Shown piece after piece: positions 62,001-64,000 of a stretch of 64,000 nucleotides of DNA (its first letter is position 1; each line of letters starts with the position of its first letter). The notes under the pieces were generated by a model. It made no database searches. It saw only the letters and a program-made list of their open reading frames with translations, and had not been told where the DNA came from. Both the position numbers and the translations under genes were made by a program. This DNA is from a virus. The DNA lies in the IMG/VR virus record IMGVR_UViG_3300032294_001887, positions 10,768-74,767 of that record. One strand, written 5' to 3'.

Positions 62001-64000
62001 GTAACATTCAGATTAGGAAAAATGGTACTACGCAAGTTGCCATTCAGCAAACTCAAATTTTAACAGGTTCTGGATATGGTATGGAAATTGATATTATTGT
62101 GTATTTTAATGGTACAACAGATTATATTGAAGTAACCGCATTTACTGGTAATCCAACATCTCAAAATATAAATGGGTCGAGTTCGGGTACTTGGATTACC
62201 GCAGCATTAATTGTTGGAGGAGGAACCTCAGGAACGAGTGGTTCTTCAGGAACAAGCGGTAGTTCAGGTTCATCAGGAACCTCCGGCTCTTCAGGTTCAA
62301 GTGGAACTAGTGGTTCTTCAGGTTCATCAGGAACCTCCGGTTCTTCGGGAAGTTCAGGAACTAGTGGTTCATCAGGAAGTTCAGGAACAAGTGGTTCATC
62401 AGGTAGTTCAGGGACATCAGGTTCATCTGGAACCTCAGGTTCTTCGGGAACTAGTGGGATAAATGGTTCTTCGGGAACTAGTGGTTCTTCAGGTTCATCA
62501 GGAAGTTCAGGAACAAGTGGTTCTTCGGGTTCAAGTGGAACAAGTGGTAGTTCAGGTTCTTCGGGTTCTTCAGGAACATCAGGAACAAGCGGTAGTAGTG
62601 GGACATCAGGAAGTTCAGGAACAAGTGGTTCTTCGGGTTCATCCGGGACTAGCGGAAGTAGTGGGTCATCAGGAACATCAGGTTCTTCGGGAACTAGTGG
62701 CACTTCAGGAAGTTCAGGTTCAAGTGGAACGAGTGGAAGTAGTGGCTCATCAGGAACATCAGGGTCTTCGGGCACTTCAGGTTCAAGCGGAACAAGTGGC
62801 TCATCGGGTACTAGCGGTTCTTCAGGTTCAAGTGGTAGTAGTGGGACTTCAGGTTCTTCGGGAAGTTCAGGAACTAGTGGTTCATCAGGTTCTTCAGGAA
62901 CATCCGGTTCTTCGGGTTCAAGTGGAACGAGCGGTAGTTCGGGTTCTTCAGGAACTAGTGGAAGTAGTGGTTCATCTGGGACATCAGGAACTAGTGGAAG
63001 TAGCGGTTCATCAGGAACTAGCGGCTCTTCAGGAAGTTCAGGAACATCTGGTTCAAGTGGCTCATCTGGAACAAGTGGTAGTTCAGGTTCATCAGGAAGT
63101 TCAGGAACATCAGGTTCAAGTGGTAGTAGTGGAACAAGCGGTAGTTCAGGCTCTTCGGGAACATCAGGTTCTTCAGGTACTAGCGGAACAAGCGGTTCAT
63201 CCGGAACATCGGGTTCTTCGGGTTCAAGTGGAACGAGCGGTAGTTCGGGTTCTTCAGGAACTTCAGGTTCGAGCGGAACAAGTGGTAGTAGTGGAACATC
63301 AGGTTCAAGTGGTTCTTCGGGAACTTCAGGTTCAAGTGGTACGAGCGGTTCATCAGGAAGTTCGGGAACTAGTGGAAGTAGCGGCTCATCAGGAACATCA
63401 GGTTCAAGTGGAAGTAGTGGTTCATCAGGTAGTTCAGGGACAAGTGGTTCTTCGGGTTCAAGCGGAAGTAGCGGAACATCAGGAAGTTCGGGTACAAGTG
63501 GAATAAGTGGTTCATCAGGAACAAGCGGAAGTAGTGGTAGTAGTGGAACTAGTGGCTCTTCAGGAAGTAGTGGGACATCAGGTTCTTCGGGTTCATCCGG
63601 GACTAGCGGAAGTAGTGGAACAAGTGGTTCTTCAGGTTCATCAGGAAGTTCAGGAACTAGTGGTAGTTCAGGTTCTTCAGGAACAAGCGGGTCATCAGGA
63701 ACATCAGGCTCTTCAGGTTCATCCGGTTCTTCGGGTTCAAGTGGTAGTAGCGGAATATCCGGTTCTTCAGGAACTTCAGGTTCAAGTGGGACCAGCGGTT
63801 CTTCAGGAACTAGTGGATTAACAGGAGCGTCAGGTACTAGCGGAACATCAGGAAGTTCGGGTACAAGTGGAATAAGTGGCTCATCGGGAACTAGTGGTAG
63901 TTCAGGTTCATCAGGAACATCAGGTTCAAGTGGTTCGTCAGGAAGTTCAGGGACAAGCGGTTCATCGGGAACTAGTGGAAGTAGTGGTTCATCAGGAACA
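56069..64000 (+). CDS. giant Gly-X-Ser collagen-like fibre protein (>2640 aa, runs off window end)
   Basis: Not in ORF track; ATG 56069 MSFPYKNPISASQ..; frame read through without a stop in the globular parts and held in 9-nt register across the repeats; three G-(S/T)-S tracts separated by globular domains. Confidence 0.9.
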   Translation, partial: MSFPYKNPISASQISGTESASRTSTFGTNFSVLQTGGYMEVYGLSDLNWSTYGATGSIQNSGNTIPIQFTVAGSFSALTLNSDNISSGRRRLGMQVHVQETDTVYQYTIPNYNTLFAALTGLTGLSAISVSDYSTIVNTRSQAGRNFINAWTGSTIEGVGGVSRNDARWRIVYGSDVQITGGTYFSAITTLDLYNSTGGTISISGFNGTVTGGTYNSGTSTITLNNSDGSFVNITGITSNAGTLTVYDATSGVTVTNVTGMTFSGASVINNGGGNVLINITGGTSGSSGSSGTSGSSGTSGINGSSGTSGTSGSSGTSGSSGTSGSSGTSGSSGTSGLSGASGTSGTSGSSGTGGSSGSSGSSGTSGSSGTSGSSGTSGSSGTSGSSGSSGTSGSSGTSGSSGTSGSSGTSGTDGSSGTSGSSGTSGSSGTSGSSGTSGSSGTSGLTGASGTSGTSGSSGTSGSSGISGSSGTSGSSGTSGSSGTSGSSGTDGSSGTSGSSGTSGSSGSSGTSGTSGSSGTSGTDGSSGTSGSSGSSGTSGSSGSSGTSGSSGTSGSSGSSGSSGTSGSSGSSGSSGTSGSSGSSGTSGLTGASGTSGTSGSSGTSGSSGTGGSSGTSGSSGTSGSSGTSGSSGSSGTSGSSGTSGSSGSSGSSGTSGSSGSSGTSGSSGTSGSSGTSGSSGTSGTDGSSGTSGSSGTSGSSGTSGSSGSSGTSGSSGTSGSSGSSGSSGTSGSSGTSGSSGTSGSSGSSGTSGSSGSSGSSGTSGSSGSSGTSGSSGSSGTSGLTGASGTSGTSGSSGTSGSSGISGSSGTSGSSGTSGSSGSSGTSGSSGSSGSSGTSGTSGSSGTSGSSGSSGTSGSSGSSGSSGTSGSSGSSGTSGSSGSSGSSGSSGTSGSSGTSGTSGSSGTSGSSGSSGTSGSSGSSGSSGTSGSSGSSGTSGSSGSSGTSGTSGSSGSSGTSGTSGSSGTSGSSGTSGSSGSSGTSGSSGSSGTSGSSGTSGSSGSSGSSGTSGSSGSSGTSGSSGSSGTSGSSGSSGTSGSSGSSGTSGTSGSSGTSGLTGASGTSGTSGSSGTSGSSGISGSSGTSGSSGTSGTGFSAVTNPALTRVLTSDGTPNGAIAQSGLTYNGTQLTVSGITYTKGITSVSGIIFPQLTINSTYVVTDDDYMVDVTGGTFNVQLQTAVGRKGRLIVIKNNGGGAVTVLPYSGENIDDKAFVILGETNSIQLASNGSNWVAISYNISTVNSSTGVFEFSGLSIASPTSFTVAPVKGWIVDDNTNPLSPQLYYLSYTGGTYSATYVTATTETWIYITSGGTITQLNIPPTETQRRQNIFLGKLGHANKTSIINAFSQPDFVQSPLAQLRDMFTPINLINGGISASPNGANLSFNTSAEYLYGLGINFAVNPLQPDALYVSGTAPCTFQYRTQTGGTATNTTTINPTVYDVNGVVTPLSGTKATNQRIYLVQNGVFRVQYGQTEYSTLAQAVAGIATEPFVEFSNFSTNGILIGILSVTSNATNLSDTSRALFFNVSKFGEGAGAAGGTPTTNLQQAYNNSVQPEIITNSTLGPLSLQDGTNNLNSGVIEGRNFTGGTTFSVNASGRTTTTSLSITGITSGTSLTRFVVVDNSGNTFYQTAGASGSSGTSGTSGSSGTSGSSGSSGTSGSSGSSGTSGSSGTSGSSGSSGSSGSSGSSGSSGTSGTSGSSGTSGSSGTSGSSGSSGTSGSSGSSGTSGSSGSSGSSGSSGTSGSSGSSGSSGTSGSSGSSGTSGSSGTSGSSGTSGSSGSSGTSGSSGTSGSSGSSGTSGSSGSSGTSGSSGTSGSSGSSGTAGTSGSSGTSGTNGSSGSSGTSGSSGSSGTSGSSGSSGSSGSSGTSGSSGTSGTSGSSGTSGSSGTSGSSGSSGSSGTSGTSPTGLVASNYVAKGVKGGSSQTITNGSDQVVTFVDEFDPNNWITSNKFQPTIAGYYDIQVAVWWDAGSVTNNQCNIQIRKNGTTQVAIQQTQILTGSGYGMEIDIIVYFNGTTDYIEVTAFTGNPTSQNINGSSSGTWITAALIVGGGTSGTSGSSGTSGSSGSSGTSGSSGSSGTSGSSGSSGTSGSSGSSGTSGSSGSSGTSGSSGSSGTSGSSGTSGSSGTSGINGSSGTSGSSGSSGSSGTSGSSGSSGTSGSSGSSGSSGTSGTSGSSGTSGSSGTSGSSGSSGTSGSSGSSGTSGSSGTSGTSGSSGSSGTSGSSGSSGTSGSSGTSGSSGTSGSSGTSGSSGSSGSSGTSGSSGSSGTSGSSGSSGTSGSSGSSGTSGSSGSSGTSGSSGSSGTSGTSGSSGSSGTSGSSGSSGTSGSSGSSGTSGSSGSSGSSGTSGSSGSSGTSGSSGSSGTSGSSGTSGTSGSSGTSGSSGSSGTSGSSGSSGTSGSSGTSGSSGTSGSSGSSGTSGSSGTSGSSGSSGTSGSSGSSGTSGSSGSSGSSGSSGTSGSSGSSGSSGTSGSSGTSGISGSSGTSGSSGSSGTSGSSGSSGTSGSSGSSGTSGSSGTSGSSGSSGSSGTSGSSGSSGTSGSSGTSGSSGSSGSSGSSGSSGISGSSGTSGSSGTSGSSGTSGLTGASGTSGTSGSSGTSGISGSSGTSGSSGSSGTSGSSGSSGSSGTSGSSGTSGSSGSSGT
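56915..59344 (+). repeat. Gly-X-Y tract 1 (270 triplets, mostly GSS/GTS)
   Basis: Gly codon every 9 nt; 2430 nt = 270 x 9. Confidence 0.93.
60965..61783 (+). repeat. Gly-X-Y tract 2 (91 triplets)
   Basis: 819 nt = 91 x 9, GSS/GTS. Confidence 0.93.
61784..62221 (+). other. C1q/TNF-like globular domain within giant fibre
   Basis: SQTITNGSDQVVTF..FQPTIAGYYDIQVAV..IQIRKNG..IVYFNGTTDYIEV..TWITAALI. Confidence 0.72.
62222..64000 (+). repeat. Gly-X-Y tract 3 (at least 197 triplets, truncated by window)
   Basis: Gly codon every 9 nt from 62222 to 63995. Confidence 0.93.

Noticed and set aside
57102-63821. Multiple plus-strand V/Q/E/H-rich ORFs, and the Q/L/H-rich ORF 55144..55491
   Set aside because: Alternative-frame shadows of low-complexity repeats; they begin and end with the repeat tracts
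1-64000. Alternative genetic code (stop-codon reassignment)
   Set aside because: Long genes are intact in code 11, and TAA, TGA (9964, 10791) and TAG (9381, 54778) all occur at plausible gene ends
1-64000. tRNA, rRNA or structured ncRNA genes
   Set aside because: Intergenic gaps are short and AT-rich; only terminator-like hairpins were seen by eye (tRNAscan/Infernal not run)

Overview
AT-rich segment of a large (jumbo-type) contractile-tailed dsDNA phage, standard genetic code, probably infecting a Bacteroidota host (inference from no Shine-Dalgarno motifs, SprB repeats, nrdB-nrdA type and a TAnnTTTG-type promoter). Gene order: (minus strand) an Fe/Mn superoxide dismutase with N- and C-terminal extensions and a SNF2 helicase; neck, tail terminator, sheath, tube, tail chaperone with a probable programmed frameshift, tape measure and giant baseplate proteins (2.7-26.7 kb); a replication/recombination block (gp32-like SSB, UvsX/RecA, RHH+HNH cassette, 5'-3' exonuclease, DnaB-like helicase, NrdB, NrdA; 26.8-35.9 kb); a second baseplate block (35.9-51.4 kb); and an unusual adhesin/fibre cluster (51.4-64 kb). 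That cluster encodes a SprB-repeat protein ending in a 23-aa LRR array variable almost only on its binding face, a Pro/Thr stalk protein, and a >2640-aa ORF missing from the ORF track, made of at least 558 proline-free Gly-(Ser/Thr)-Ser triplets interrupted by globular domains including a C1q/TNF-like domain. Other elements missing from the track: the SOD, two ribbon-helix-helix microproteins, the chaperone extension ORF, and a recurrent sense-strand TATTTAT(A) motif upstream of structural genes. All family assignments are by eye from motifs and synteny; no database search was run.
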